Assembly: GCA_963782055.1 (NCBI GenBank)
Contig: CAWAIF010000003.1
Location: 4,800,001 to 4,864,000, forward strand
DNA from: an uncultured delta proteobacterium
Lineage (GTDB): Bacteria > Myxococcota_A > Polyangia > Polyangiales > Polyangiaceae
Length of the DNA: 64,000 nucleotides
Direction: 5' to 3'
The notes under the pieces are model-generated. The model was not told the DNA's origin and did no database searches. It was given only the letters and a program-made list of their open reading frames with translations. Shown here piece by piece: positions 19,189 to 31,141 of this stretch (the stretch's first letter is position 1; every line of letters begins with the position of its first letter). The translations under genes were made by a program, and so were the position numbers.

Positions 19189-19232
19189 GTCCCACATGGT
19201 GTCCCATGTGGGACAAAGGGACACCAGGGACA
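19189..19232. repeat. Perfect 11-bp hairpin plus three GGGACA units
   Basis: gtcccacatgg-tgtc-ccatgtgggac, then aaagggacaccagggaca. Confidence 0.65.
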
Positions 19233-19286
19233 TGGACCGTCGGCGATCCAACCCCCCGAGCCGTCCGGGTCTTCACGGCGTGCGGC

Positions 19287-19324
19287 CGTCGTCGGACTGC
19301 GAGCATGCTAGCGGTCCGGCGGCG
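19287..19324. repeat. Dispersed palindrome copy 2
   Basis: cgtcgtcggactgcgagca|tgctagcggtccggcggcg: 15 WC + 3 GT pairs, 1 mismatch. Confidence 0.8.
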
Positions 19325-19359
19325 CAGCCCGGCTGCGGGGGCGGTGGTAGGGTGCCGGC

Positions 19360-20727
<1,368 letters not shown>

Positions 20728-20798
20728 CTGTACGGATAGTGGTTCTCCCGTATTTACCGGACGGACCGTCGGGGTCACAGATTGGGGGGGTCAGAATC

Positions 20799-21347
20799 AT
20801 GCTCTCGAAGCGTTCGATCGCGTTGCCTCGGCACGTCTCTCTCGCCCAGGTGGCCGACGCCTCGCGAGACGCGGTGCGTGCATTCCTCGAACTGGACGCG
20901 ACCAAGCCGACGCTGGCGGCGTGGCTGCGCGGCCCGTACCGGGAGGCGACGCGCTTCGGGCCGCGACGGATGGTGACGCCGCCCAGCGAGGGCAACACCG
21001 AGCCGCGCGGCGCCATCGTCGCCGCGGCGCAGGCGGAGGTGACCGCGGCGGTCCGCATGGCGCTCGCGGCGCGCGCGACCGAGGATTTGGTGCGCAAGCT
21101 CCCGCCGGTGGTGCACATCGTCCCCGCGCACGACACCTCCGGGGCCCGGGGGTTCGTCCCGATCGACGCGCAGGGCGGGCGCCTGGCGGACAGGGTGATC
21201 GCCCTGGTCCTCGCCGACTACCTCACGCGCCCCCGCGACTTCGTCGCGCGGCCGGTGCTGGCGGAGGACGTCCGTCCGCCGCACAAGCGGGCGGTCGCGC
21301 AGAACGCGCCGACGCAGCCGCAGATGCCGGCGGTGCGCCGCAAGTGA
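20799..21347 (+). CDS. Hypothetical protein, paralog of 35139-35858
   Basis: Shares WLxGPYR and L.DRV..LV..D.L.RP motifs with the paralog. Confidence 0.65.
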   Translation: MLSKRSIALPRHVSLAQVADASRDAVRAFLELDATKPTLAAWLRGPYREATRFGPRRMVTPPSEGNTEPRGAIVAAAQAEVTAAVRMALAARATEDLVRKLPPVVHIVPAHDTSGARGFVPIDAQGGRLADRVIALVLADYLTRPRDFVARPVLAEDVRPPHKRAVAQNAPTQPQMPAVRRK

Positions 21348-21356
21348 GCGGGGCGA

Positions 21357-22634
21357 TCACTCGGGGATGTCGCGCGTGAAGCCGCGCTCGACCTCGGCGT
21401 AGTCGACGCTCACGTCCAGCCGGGCGAGCACCGAGTAGAAGCCGAAGTTGAGGCGGTTCATGAAGAAGACGTCCTCCGAGATGGGCGCGACCTGCGCGGC
21501 GGGGAGCTTGCGCGCCCTGGCGAGCGTCTCCTTGAAGACCTCGACGAGGCTGCCCGCGTAGGGGCGGGTGATCCGGAACGGCCGCTCGAAGAGCGGATCG
21601 AAGCACCGGCGGACGAAGTTCGCCATGAGGTCGTCGTAGGGGCCGGGCTCGAGCTCCAGCATGCGGCGCAGGCCCTCGCGGAAGGCGCGATCGTCGCCGG
21701 CGATGGCGGCGCGGTGCATCGCCGCGGCGCCGAGCTGCTGCGTCCGGGGGATGGGCTGGACGCAGCCGAAGTCCAGGAAGCTGATGCGCCCGTCCTCGTG
21801 GAAGAAGTAGTTGCCGGGGTGCGGGTCGGCGTTGAACCGGCCGCCCACCAGGTTGCCCTTGAAGACGAAGCGCCAGAGCGTCCGGGCCCACTCCTCGCGC
21901 TCGGCCTCGGCCGCGGCGCAGGCGTCGTCGAAGGAGCTGCCCCGCACCAGCTCGGTCGTCAGCACGCGCGCGGCGCTGCGCTCCGCCACCACGCGCGGGA
22001 CGTGGATCTGCGGGTCGCCCGCGTGGACGCCGGCGAAGAACACCTGGTGCTCGGCCTCCAGGCGGTAGTCGAGCTCCTCGCGGAAGCGCGTGCGGATCAC
22101 CTCCAGCACCGCCTTGGAGTTGAAGCGGCGCGCGCCCATCGCCCCCGCCATCTGCTCGACGATGCCCGCGTTCTGCAGGTCGGCCTCGATCGCCCTGGTG
22201 ATGCCGGTGTGCTGCACCTTCACCGCGACCTCCACGCCGTCCGGGAGGCGCGCGCGGTGGACCTGGCCAATCGACGCGCTGGCGAGCGGCTCGTCGTCCC
22301 ACTCGGCGTAGAGGCGATCGACGGGCGCGCCCAGCTCCTCCTCGACCGTGGCGCGGATCTCCTCGATGGAGGTGGTGGGCGCCGCGGCGCGGAGCTTCTT
22401 CATCGCCGCCTCGTAGGCCTCGCGGTGCTCCTCCGGGACGACGCCGTCCACGTACGACGCCATCTGCCCGACCTTCGCCGCGAGGCCGCGCAGGGTGCCG
22501 AGGATCTCCGCGGTGCCGTGGGCGGCGCCCTCGCTCCCGTGGGAGAGCAGCAGGCCCGCGCCGCTGCGGGCCCCGGCGGCGGCGAAGCGCGCCAGCCGAC
22601 CCAGGCGACCCTGCGGGACGCGGCGGGAGCTCAA
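21357..22634 (-). CDS. ABC1/UbiB (AarF) atypical kinase
   Basis: [33 protein letters not shown] and DFGC motifs. Confidence 0.95.
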   Translation of the reverse strand: MSSRRVPQGRLGRLARFAAAGARSGAGLLLSHGSEGAAHGTAEILGTLRGLAAKVGQMASYVDGVVPEEHREAYEAAMKKLRAAAPTTSIEEIRATVEEELGAPVDRLYAEWDDEPLASASIGQVHRARLPDGVEVAVKVQHTGITRAIEADLQNAGIVEQMAGAMGARRFNSKAVLEVIRTRFREELDYRLEAEHQVFFAGVHAGDPQIHVPRVVAERSAARVLTTELVRGSSFDDACAAAEAEREEWARTLWRFVFKGNLVGGRFNADPHPGNYFFHEDGRISFLDFGCVQPIPRTQQLGAAAMHRAAIAGDDRAFREGLRRMLELEPGPYDDLMANFVRRCFDPLFERPFRITRPYAGSLVEVFKETLARARKLPAAQVAPISEDVFFMNRLNFGFYSVLARLDVSVDYAEVERGFTRDIPE

Positions 22635-23689
22635 TCGCCGCGCCCTTCGGGCCGTCGGCCAGCCTGCGGCCGCACCTGCCCGGTGCCGACCGCCTCACGG
22701 ACCCGCGCGATGACGGGTGCGGCGACGGCGCGCGCGCGCTCCGCGCCCTCGCGCAGGATGCCCTCGACGTGCGCGGGGTCCGCCGCGAGCTCCGCCCGAC
22801 GCGCGCGCGCCGGGGCGAAGGTCGCGTGGAAGAGATCGACGAGCTGCTGCTTGTAGTGGCCCCAGCCCTTGCCGCCCTCCCGGAAGGTGCGGTCGACCTC
22901 CGCCATCTCCGGCTCCGAGGCGAAGAGCTTCAGCAGGGCGTGGATGGGTGTGGCGGCGGGGTCCTTCGGCGCCTCCAGTGGGGTGGAGTCGCTCTTGATG
23001 CTCATGATCTGCTTCTTCGTCGTCTTGTCGTCGGAGAACAGATCGATGGTGTTCTTGTAGCTCTTGCTCATCTTCTGCCCATCCAGGCCGGGCACCACGG
23101 CGGTCTCTTGCTGGACGAGCGCGCTGGGGAGCTTGAGGATGCCCTCCACCTTCCGGGTCTCGTCGTGCTCGTCGCGCTTGGGGTCGTAGCCGGGGACGTA
23201 GGCGAGGTTGAACTTGGTCGCGATGTCGCGCGTCATCTCCAGGTGCTGCACCTGATCCTTGCCGACGGGCACGGCGTCCGCCCCGTAGAGCAGGATGTCG
23301 GCGGCCATGAGGACCGGATAGGTGAAGAGACCGGCGTCGGGCGAGATGCCCTTGGCGGTCTTGTCCTTGTAGGAGTGTGCGCGCTCGAGGAGGCCCATGG
23401 GGGTGATCACGGCGAGGTACCAGAAGAGCTCGGGGATCTCCGGGATGTCCGACTGCCGGAAGAGCACCGCCTTCGTAGGGTCGAGACCGAGCGCGAGGTA
23501 GTCCAGGGCGACGTCGGTGGCGAGCGCCCGCATGGCCGCCGGATCGCGGACGGTGGTCATGGCGTGGAGGTTGGCGATGAAGAAGAGCGCTTCGTTGTGC
23601 TCCTGCAGTCGGATGAACTGCCGGATGGCGCCGAAGTAGTTGCCGATGTGCAGCTTTCCAGAGGACTGAACGCCCGAGAGGATGCGCAT
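22631..23689 (-). CDS. trpS: Tryptophanyl-tRNA synthetase
   Basis: HIGN, YPVLMAADIL, VPVGKDQ and KMSKS motifs. Confidence 0.97.
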   Translation of the reverse strand: MRILSGVQSSGKLHIGNYFGAIRQFIRLQEHNEALFFIANLHAMTTVRDPAAMRALATDVALDYLALGLDPTKAVLFRQSDIPEIPELFWYLAVITPMGLLERAHSYKDKTAKGISPDAGLFTYPVLMAADILLYGADAVPVGKDQVQHLEMTRDIATKFNLAYVPGYDPKRDEHDETRKVEGILKLPSALVQQETAVVPGLDGQKMSKSYKNTIDLFSDDKTTKKQIMSIKSDSTPLEAPKDPAATPIHALLKLFASEPEMAEVDRTFREGGKGWGHYKQQLVDLFHATFAPARARRAELAADPAHVEGILREGAERARAVAAPVIARVREAVGTGQVRPQAGRRPEGRGD

Positions 23690-23755
23690 TGGCGGCACCA
23701 TAGCGCAAACGCGGAACTTGTCGGCGCGCCGGTCGTCTACCACCATGGTACGGAC

Positions 23756-24493
23756 GTGCGACGCGCCTCCCCCCTGCTCTTCTTCGGCCTCTCCGCCGCC
23801 CTCCACGGGGCGGTGTTCACCGGGGTCTGGCTGAGGCCGCGGGCGAAGGCGGTCGCCGACCCGACGCCGGTGCTCACCGGAGACACCTTCGACGTCACCG
23901 AGGTGATCGAGCAGGCGCCTCCTCCCCCGCCCGCGCAGGTGGACCCGGAGCCGCAGGCCACCGCGCCCACCCGCGCGGTCGCGCCGCCGCGCCACGCCGC
24001 CGCGGTCGCCACCGCCGCTGGGTCCGGCACCGCCACCGCGCCCACCCCTCCCCCGCTCACCTACGGCGCCGTCGGGGAGCGGGCCGCCGTCGCCGTCGCG
24101 GTGGCCTTCACACGCGCCTTCCCGCAGGCGTCCAGCGGCGATGCGGTGTGGGCGAGCGTGCCCTTCGGGGACGCCGGCTCCGCCGACATCACCTTCCGGA
24201 TCGAGGCGGACGGCAAGCTGGCGCACTACACCGTCTCCGGCGACGCGTCCCCCGCCCTCCGGCGCGCCATCGTGCGCACCATGGCGCTCATCGACGGGCG
24301 GAGCTTCGTCGCGACCGGGCCGGTGACGCACCTGCACGTGAGCAGCCGGGTCTCCCCCGACGCGGTGCACGACGGCCTGCACGGCGACGTCTTCGCCATC
24401 GGCGGCACCTTCACCAGCGGCGAGGGGAGCGCCTTCTTCGCGCTCTCCATCGGGCGGCGCGTCGACGTGACGGTGCGCGAGTCCGCCAGGTAG
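23756..24493 (+). CDS. TonB-like membrane-anchored protein
   Basis: S.ALH TM anchor, Pro/Ala linker, C-terminal ITFRIEADGK. Confidence 0.5.
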   Translation: MRRASPLLFFGLSAALHGAVFTGVWLRPRAKAVADPTPVLTGDTFDVTEVIEQAPPPPPAQVDPEPQATAPTRAVAPPRHAAAVATAAGSGTATAPTPPPLTYGAVGERAAVAVAVAFTRAFPQASSGDAVWASVPFGDAGSADITFRIEADGKLAHYTVSGDASPALRRAIVRTMALIDGRSFVATGPVTHLHVSSRVSPDAVHDGLHGDVFAIGGTFTSGEGSAFFALSIGRRVDVTVRESAR

Positions 24494-24512
24494 CCGTGAT
24501 ACCGTCCGCGCC

Positions 24513-25856
24513 GTGAGGCTGGAGTGGGCGCGGCGTTGGCTCGAGCGACCGGCCGCGCGGGCGCTCGTGGTCGCCGCGCTCGCCGCCCTCTTCCTCGGAG
24601 GAGCGCTGGCGCAGGCCACGCGCGTCAACCGCGACTGGCGCCGCCACGACCAGGACTCGTACATCGCGTATGCGCGGCTCGTCCACGACAGCCACGGCGC
24701 GGCGGTCGGCAACCGGCTCCAGATGCCCGCGCTCCCCGAGCTGCTGTCGCTCTTCTACCGCGACGGCGAGTCGCCCGGCGCCTTCTTCCCGCGCGCCAAG
24801 CTGGTGTGCATCGCGCTGGGCGCGCTCGCCGCGGCTTTCTCGGCGCTCATCCTGTGGCGCCGTCTGCCGCGCGCGCCGGCGATCGCGGTGGCGCTCGTCG
24901 CCGTCTTCTTCGTCTTCGCCTTCCGCGCGGGGTACGTGCAGGCGGAGCCGCTCTCCTACGCGGCGACCTTCGCGCTCTTCGTGGCGATGTGCGACGCGTG
25001 GGCGCGGCCCTCGTGGGCGCTCGCGGCGGGGATTGGCCTGCTTCTCGCGGCGGCGTTCATGGTCAAGGCCACCGCCCTCGTGGGCTTCTACGTGCTGGCG
25101 CTGGCGGTCGCGGTGCGCGCGGCGGTGCTGCTCGTACGGCGCCGGGATCCGCGCGCGCTGGTGCCGGCGGGCCAGGTCGCCCTCTCCTTCGCGATCTTCC
25201 TCGCGGCCATCTGGCCGTACGCGAAGAACAGCCGGCGCGTCTTCGGCCATTACCTCTACAACATGAGCTCCACCTATGTGATGTGGTGCGACTCGTGGGA
25301 GCAGTTCCTCGCGCTGCAGGCGCGGCTGGATCTGGTGCACGAGGGGCCCTCGCTGCCGCCCGCCGAGGTGCCGTCGATGGCCACCTACTGGCACACCCAC
25401 ACCCTCGGGCAGATGGCGTGGCGCGAGACGCGAGGCCTGGGCGAGGTGCTCGGCAACTGCCTCATCTCGCACGGCTACGCCCTCTTCGCGCTGCTGTACC
25501 TCGGCGTGCTCGTCGCCATGGTGCGCAAGTACCCGGAGGTGCGGCGCGGCCTCTTCCGTCGCGACGCGAGCGCGCAGGCGTGGTTCGTGGTGCCGTACCT
25601 GCTGCTCCACCTGGTGCTCTTCGGCTGGTATGGCCCCATCGCCGCGGGCAACCGCTTCATCCTCGGCATCTTCCTGCCCGGCATGTACGCCATCGCCGCC
25701 GGGCTCTCCGCCCACACGCGCCCCGAGCACACCCTGACGGTGCGCGGCACGCCGCTCGACTGGACGAAGATCAACGTCCTGGTCATCGTCCTCGTGGCGC
25801 TCCACCTCGTCGTGTACTTCCCCTACGCCGTCGCCACCCATTACTCCGGCGGCTGA
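24513..25856 (+). CDS. Polytopic membrane protein, ArnT/PMT-like glycosyltransferase
   Basis: DQDSY after TM1, QAEPL, many TMs, RF motif. Confidence 0.6.
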   Translation: MRLEWARRWLERPAARALVVAALAALFLGGALAQATRVNRDWRRHDQDSYIAYARLVHDSHGAAVGNRLQMPALPELLSLFYRDGESPGAFFPRAKLVCIALGALAAAFSALILWRRLPRAPAIAVALVAVFFVFAFRAGYVQAEPLSYAATFALFVAMCDAWARPSWALAAGIGLLLAAAFMVKATALVGFYVLALAVAVRAAVLLVRRRDPRALVPAGQVALSFAIFLAAIWPYAKNSRRVFGHYLYNMSSTYVMWCDSWEQFLALQARLDLVHEGPSLPPAEVPSMATYWHTHTLGQMAWRETRGLGEVLGNCLISHGYALFALLYLGVLVAMVRKYPEVRRGLFRRDASAQAWFVVPYLLLHLVLFGWYGPIAAGNRFILGIFLPGMYAIAAGLSAHTRPEHTLTVRGTPLDWTKINVLVIVLVALHLVVYFPYAVATHYSGG

Positions 25857-25939
25857 GATCCCTTCCCTGGCGTCCGCCCGCGCCGGGCGCCCGGCGCGCG
25901 GCCCTTTACGCCGGGCACCTCCGCGGCCTATGCACCCCC

Positions 25940-28642
25940 ATGGCCAAGACGCCCGCGGCCGGTGGGCCCTCCCTCCCCGCTCCCGGCACCGACAACGTCC
26001 TCTTCCTCATCGACCTGTCGGGCTACGTCTTCCGCGCGTACCACGCGCTGCCGCCGCTCTCCTCCACCAGGGGCGAGCCCACCCACGCGGTGATGGGCGC
26101 GGTGACGATGCTGCAGAAGATCGTCAACGAGAAGCGGCCGAGCATGCTCGCCGTCGCGATGGACTCGCGGCGCAGCTTCCGCAAGGACCTGGACGCCCGC
26201 TACAAGGCCACGCGCCCGCCGCCGCCGCCGGACCTGAGCCAGCAGATGGCGCGCTGCGAGCAGGTCGTGCGCGCGTACAACATCCCGGTCTACCAGCAGG
26301 AGGGCTTCGAGGCGGACGACGTCATCGCCGCCGTCGTGATGCGCGCGACGAAGGAGGGCGTGCGGGTCGTCATCGTCAGCGCCGACAAGGACCTGATGCA
26401 GCTCGTCCACGACGAGGACCAGCAGGTCCTGATGTGGGACTCGATGCGCGACCGCGTCTACGGCCCGCGGGAGGTGACCGAGAAGCTGGCGGTGCGCCCC
26501 AGCCAGGTGCGCGACTACCTCGCGCTCACCGGTGACAGCTCCGACAACGTGCCCGGCGTGCCCAGCGTGGGTCCCAAGACGGCCAGCGATCTCCTGCGTG
26601 ACTACGGCACGCTCGAGGGCGTGTACGCTCACCTGGGCGACATCAAGCGCGCCAAGCTGCGCGAGGCGCTGCAGACGCACGAGGGCGACGCGCGCATCTC
26701 GCAGAGGCTGGTCACCCTGGAGGCGGACGTCCCCATCGCGTGGGACAAGGAGCACCTGCGCTACGGCGGCGCGGACCAGGACGCGCTGCGCGCCCTCTTC
26801 ACCGAGCTGGAGTTCACCCGGCTGCTCGACAAGCTGCCGCCCCCCGCGCCGCAGAAGCGCGCCTTCGCGATGGTCGGCGACCGCGCGGCGCTGGAGCGCG
26901 TCGCCGCGGAGGCGAGGGCGACCAGGACACTCGCGCTGCACGTCCACATGACCGAGAGCGATCCCCACCGCGCGGCCATCGTGGGCGTCGGCCTCGCGAC
27001 CGGCCCGGGCGTCGGCCTCTACGCGCCGGTGGGCCACCGCTACCTCGGCGCGCCCAAGCAGATCGGCCTCGGCGACCTGCGCGAGGTGCTCGGCCCGGTG
27101 CTCGTCGATCCCGCCGTCACCAAGCAGGCGCACGACATGAAGACCAACGAGGTGGTCCTCGCGCGCCACGAGATCCCGCTCGCCGGCCCCGTCTTCGACA
27201 CGCTGCTGGCCGCCTACCTGCTCGATCCGGAGGCCCCCATCGGCCTCGTCGAGCTGGGGCGGCGCGAGCTCGGGGTGGACCTGCCCACCGCGCAGCCCGC
27301 GTCGAAGAAGGCGCTCTCCTTCGAGTCGCTGGACGTCGAGCACGCCACCGAACTGGCCGCGCCGGCGCCGGAGGCCTGCGCGGCGCTCGCCGCGCGCCTG
27401 GCGCCGCGGCTGGACAGCGAGGGGCTCGGCCCGCTCTACCGCGACGTGGAGGTCCCGCTCTCGCGCGTGCTCGCCGAGATGGAGCTCGCCGGCGTGCTGG
27501 TCGACACCGCGCAGCTCGGCGTCATCGGCGCGCGCGTGGGGGAGGAGCTGCGCCGCGTGGAGGCGCGCGCCAAGGAGATCGCCGGCCGCGAGTTCGCCAT
27601 CCGGTCGCGCGATCAGCTGGAGACCATCCTGTTCGATCAGCTCAAGCTGCGCGTCGTCAAGCGCACGCCCAAGGGCGGCCGCTCCACCGACGCCGAGGTG
27701 CTGGAGGAGCTCGCCGGGGAGCACGAGCTCGCGCGCGTGGTGCTCGACTTCCGCGAGATCGACAAGCTGAAGGGCACCTACATCGACGCGCTCCCCCGCT
27801 TCGTCAACCCGAAGACCGGGCGCATCCACACCCGGTTCAACCAGGCCGTCGCGGCGACGGGCCGCCTCGCCTCGAGCGATCCCAACCTGCAGAACATCCC
27901 CGTCCGCAGCGAGCTCGGGCAGGAGATCCGCTCCGCCTTCGTCGCGCCGCCGGGGTGCGTGCTCGTCTCGGCGGACTACTCGCAGATCGAGCTACGCGTG
28001 CTCGCCCACCTCTCCCACGACCCGATGCTGGTGGAGACCTACCGCACCGCGCAGGACGTGCACGCGCTCACCGCGTCCATCGTCTTCGGCGTGGAGCGCT
28101 CGGCGGTCACCTCCGACATGCGACGCAAGGCCAAGACGATCAATTTCGGCGTCATCTACGGCATGGGCGAGGCGGCGCTCGCCCGGCAGCTGGACATCCC
28201 GCGCGCGGACGCGGCGCGCTTCATCGCGGCGTACTTCGAGCGCTACGAGGGTGTCGCGCGGTTCATGGAGGGCGCGGTGGAGAGCGCGCGGCGCGGGGAG
28301 GCGGTGCGCACGCTGCTCGGCCGGCGCCGCTTCCTGCCCAACCTGCACTCCGCCAACCGCGGCCTGCGCTTCGAGGCGGAGCGCATCGCGCGCAACACGC
28401 CCATCCAGGGCACGGCGGCGGACATCCTGAAGCTGGCGATGGTGCACCTCGGCAAGGGTGACGTCGTCCCCGGCGCGCGGATGGTGCTGACGGTGCACGA
28501 CGAGCTCGTCTTCGAGGTGCCGGAGGAGCGCGCGAAGGAGGCGATGGGCCGCGTGAAGGAGGCGATGGAGGCGGCGATGAAGCTGGACGTCCCCCTCGTC
28601 GTCGACGTGGGCAGCGGGAAGAACTGGGCCGCCGCGCACTGA
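25940..28642 (+). CDS. polA: DNA polymerase I
   Basis: FRAYHA, EADD, DKDLMQL, TGRLASSDPNLQNIP, DYSQIELR, AKTINFG and VHDEL motifs. Confidence 0.98.
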   Translation: MAKTPAAGGPSLPAPGTDNVLFLIDLSGYVFRAYHALPPLSSTRGEPTHAVMGAVTMLQKIVNEKRPSMLAVAMDSRRSFRKDLDARYKATRPPPPPDLSQQMARCEQVVRAYNIPVYQQEGFEADDVIAAVVMRATKEGVRVVIVSADKDLMQLVHDEDQQVLMWDSMRDRVYGPREVTEKLAVRPSQVRDYLALTGDSSDNVPGVPSVGPKTASDLLRDYGTLEGVYAHLGDIKRAKLREALQTHEGDARISQRLVTLEADVPIAWDKEHLRYGGADQDALRALFTELEFTRLLDKLPPPAPQKRAFAMVGDRAALERVAAEARATRTLALHVHMTESDPHRAAIVGVGLATGPGVGLYAPVGHRYLGAPKQIGLGDLREVLGPVLVDPAVTKQAHDMKTNEVVLARHEIPLAGPVFDTLLAAYLLDPEAPIGLVELGRRELGVDLPTAQPASKKALSFESLDVEHATELAAPAPEACAALAARLAPRLDSEGLGPLYRDVEVPLSRVLAEMELAGVLVDTAQLGVIGARVGEELRRVEARAKEIAGREFAIRSRDQLETILFDQLKLRVVKRTPKGGRSTDAEVLEELAGEHELARVVLDFREIDKLKGTYIDALPRFVNPKTGRIHTRFNQAVAATGRLASSDPNLQNIPVRSELGQEIRSAFVAPPGCVLVSADYSQIELRVLAHLSHDPMLVETYRTAQDVHALTASIVFGVERSAVTSDMRRKAKTINFGVIYGMGEAALARQLDIPRADAARFIAAYFERYEGVARFMEGAVESARRGEAVRTLLGRRRFLPNLHSANRGLRFEAERIARNTPIQGTAADILKLAMVHLGKGDVVPGARMVLTVHDELVFEVPEERAKEAMGRVKEAMEAAMKLDVPLVVDVGSGKNWAAAH

Positions 28643-28649
28643 TGGCGTC

Positions 28650-29771
28650 TCAGGGTACGACCTTGTGCACCACCACCGGCTGCGACGCGCCCGCGTCTCC
28701 GCTCGGGTCCTCCACCACGTACGTCACCATGTTGGCGTTCGGCTCGTTGCAGGCGAAGTGCACCGTGTGCTTGCCGGCGCCGTAGGGGCTGAGCACCCCC
28801 AGGCCGACAGCATCCTGCGGGGCGGCCACCAGCAGCGGCGTGCCGCTCTGCACCACGGTGTCGGAGGACACGTCCAGGATCTGCGCGCTCTTGATCAGCG
28901 CGGGCATCTGCGGGTCCTGCCCGCCCTGGCCGTCCAGCACGATCACCACCCCTCCGCTCTGCTCGAAGGTGGCGAGCGCCGAGGCCCACCCCGCGCCGAT
29001 GCCCGCGAGCGTGCTGGCCGGCGCCTTCGACTGGTCGTAGACGACCAGCACGTCGGTGTTCTGGTTGGTCATCGCCGAGCTCACGTCGGACGGCTGCGAG
29101 GCGGTGGTGTAGGTCACCGTCCGGTTCTGCGCCTGCGCCGCGGCGGTGATGACCGACTTCACCGCGTTGACGGCGTTGGGCGCCGCGTACTGCTCGTAGG
29201 AGCGCACCTGGATGGTGTTGCCCGGCGGCAGCGTCGCCGCGTTGCCGAGCACCTTGGCCTGCGCGGCGGAGTACGCGCCGGCGAAGTCGTGTCCGATGAC
29301 CACCGCGTGGCCTGCCACGCTGCCCTGGCACTTGCCCGCCGAGCAGAGCAAGGACTGGCAGACGTTGCCGCACCCGCCGCAGTTGAAGGGGTCGGTCATG
29401 GGGTCGACGCAGACCGCGTTGCAGACGATCTGGCCCTGCGGGCACCCGCCGCCGCCGTCGGCGTCGGTGACCGCGCCGTCGCCCGCGCCGCCGTCACCCA
29501 CCGCGCCGTCGCCGGTGCCGCCGTCGCCCGTCGCGCCGTCGCCCGTCGCGCCGTCGCGGCTCGCGTCGATCCTGGAGCCGTCGGCGTCGCCGGAGTCCCC
29601 CTGGCCCCCGCCGTCACCGTTGACGTCCCCCGCGGGCACGCACGCCTCGCCGACGAGCACGTAGCCGGGCGCGCACTCGCCGCCGACGAGCGCGTTGTCC
29701 GCGCCGCACCCCGCCCCCGCCGCGAGGAGCGCGCCGGCCGTCAGCGCAGCGAGCGCCGCCACGAGCTTCAT
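28650..29771 (-). CDS. Cys-rich lipoprotein with DG(A/G)xG linker repeats
   Basis: Lipobox GAGC; DPFNCGGCGNVC myxobacterial Cys repeat. Confidence 0.8.
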   Translation of the reverse strand: MKLVAALAALTAGALLAAGAGCGADNALVGGECAPGYVLVGEACVPAGDVNGDGGGQGDSGDADGSRIDASRDGATGDGATGDGGTGDGAVGDGGAGDGAVTDADGGGGCPQGQIVCNAVCVDPMTDPFNCGGCGNVCQSLLCSAGKCQGSVAGHAVVIGHDFAGAYSAAQAKVLGNAATLPPGNTIQVRSYEQYAAPNAVNAVKSVITAAAQAQNRTVTYTTASQPSDVSSAMTNQNTDVLVVYDQSKAPASTLAGIGAGWASALATFEQSGGVVIVLDGQGGQDPQMPALIKSAQILDVSSDTVVQSGTPLLVAAPQDAVGLGVLSPYGAGKHTVHFACNEPNANMVTYVVEDPSGDAGASQPVVVHKVVP

Positions 29772-31141
29772 CGGTCCTCCTTGGGCATCGAGAGCGACTG
29801 CGTCTTGGTGATCTGGAACTCCACGCGCCGGTTCTTCCGCAGCGCCTGCACCGTCCTGCCGGTGGCCCGCGGCTTCTTGTCACCGTAACCGTGCGTCTTG
29901 ATGCGCGAGTCCGCCACGCCGAACTTCACCAGCAGCCGCTTCACGCTCTGCGCGCGGGACCGCGAGAGCATCAGGTTGTGTTGCTCGGTGCCGCGCTCGT
30001 CGGCGTGCCCCTCGATGTCGACCTCCTCGATGTCGGGGTTGGCCAGCAGCAGCTCCGCCACCTTCTTGACGATGGGCCAGCTCTCGTGGCGCACCCGCGG
30101 GCTGTCGGTGCCGAAGAGGATGACCTCGTCGAGCTCGATCTCGTCACCGGCGACGCGCACCGAGCCGGCCGCGGGCGGGCACCCGTTGGTCTTCGGATCG
30201 TTGGTCGGCACTCCGACGACGTCGGGGCACGCGTCCTCCACGTCGGGGATGCCGTCGGCGTCGCGGTCGGCGGCGGGGCACCCGTTCGTCTTGGGGTCGG
30301 TGGTGCGCACGCCGGGCGTGTCCGGGCACGCGTCCTCGTCGTCGTAGACCGCGTCGCCGTCGCGGTCGGTGCGCGGGCAGCCGTTGGTCTTCGGGTCGGT
30401 GGTGCGGCGGCCGGGGACGGTCGGGCACGCGTCCTCGTCGTCGTAGACCGCGTCGCCGTCGCGGTCGGTGCGCGGGCAGCCGTTGGTCTTCGGGTCGGTG
30501 GTGCGGCGGCCGGTCACGTCCGGGCACGCGTCCTCGTCGTCGTAGACCGTGTCCTTGTCGCGATCGGTGCGCGGCGGCGGCTTGGGCGGCGGCGCGCCGA
30601 GCCCCACCTCGATCCCGAACGCCAGGATGTGCGCGTCCTCGGGGCGCGGCCCCTCCCCGAGCTGGAAGATGTGCGTGTAGCCGACGTAAGGGCCGAGATC
30701 GAAGCGGCCCTTGCCCACGCGGAAGTCCCAGCCCACGTGCGCGTCGAAGCCGGGCCGCGCGACGTTGCCGGTGGGCGCGAGCCCGCCGTTGGCGTCCAGC
30801 CACAGACCGCCGGGCTTCGCGGAGAAGGGGCGCACCCGCACGCCGAGCATCGCCCCGATGCCGATGCCGGTGCCCTTGGCCACCAGCGAGGGATCGTCGT
30901 TGCTGCCCGCCGAGAGCACGATGGTCGAGACCTCCGCCTGCACGCCGAACGGCCCCGCGACGGGGATCTCCACCGAGACCGCCCCCGCTCCGCCGAAGCC
31001 GAACTGCGTCTGTTGCGGCGCGCCGACGGCGTGAGCGAGCCCGCCGCCCACGTGCAGCCTCACCGGGTCCGCCTGCGCGCTGCGCGAGAGGGTCATCGCG
31101 CTCGCGGCGGCGAGGAGGACGAGGAGTGCGTGCCGGCCCAT
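29768..31141 (-). CDS. OmpA-family protein with thrombospondin type-3 repeats
   Basis: DRDGDAVYDDEDACP repeats; IEGHAD...LSRSRAQSV...NRRVEF. Confidence 0.93.
   Translation of the reverse strand: MGRHALLVLLAAASAMTLSRSAQADPVRLHVGGGLAHAVGAPQQTQFGFGGAGAVSVEIPVAGPFGVQAEVSTIVLSAGSNDDPSLVAKGTGIGIGAMLGVRVRPFSAKPGGLWLDANGGLAPTGNVARPGFDAHVGWDFRVGKGRFDLGPYVGYTHIFQLGEGPRPEDAHILAFGIEVGLGAPPPKPPPRTDRDKDTVYDDEDACPDVTGRRTTDPKTNGCPRTDRDGDAVYDDEDACPTVPGRRTTDPKTNGCPRTDRDGDAVYDDEDACPDTPGVRTTDPKTNGCPAADRDADGIPDVEDACPDVVGVPTNDPKTNGCPPAAGSVRVAGDEIELDEVILFGTDSPRVRHESWPIVKKVAELLLANPDIEEVDIEGHADERGTEQHNLMLSRSRAQSVKRLLVKFGVADSRIKTHGYGDKKPRATGRTVQALRKNRRVEFQITKTQSLSMPKEDR
30180..30575. repeat. Four ~99-bp TSP3-coding tandem repeats
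   Basis: Near-identical TDRDGDAVYDDEDACP..PG.RTTDPKTNGCP units. Confidence 0.8.

Noticed and set aside
30180..30575. Regular repeats as a possible CRISPR array
   Set aside because: In-frame TSP3 protein repeats with no unique spacers and no cas genes.
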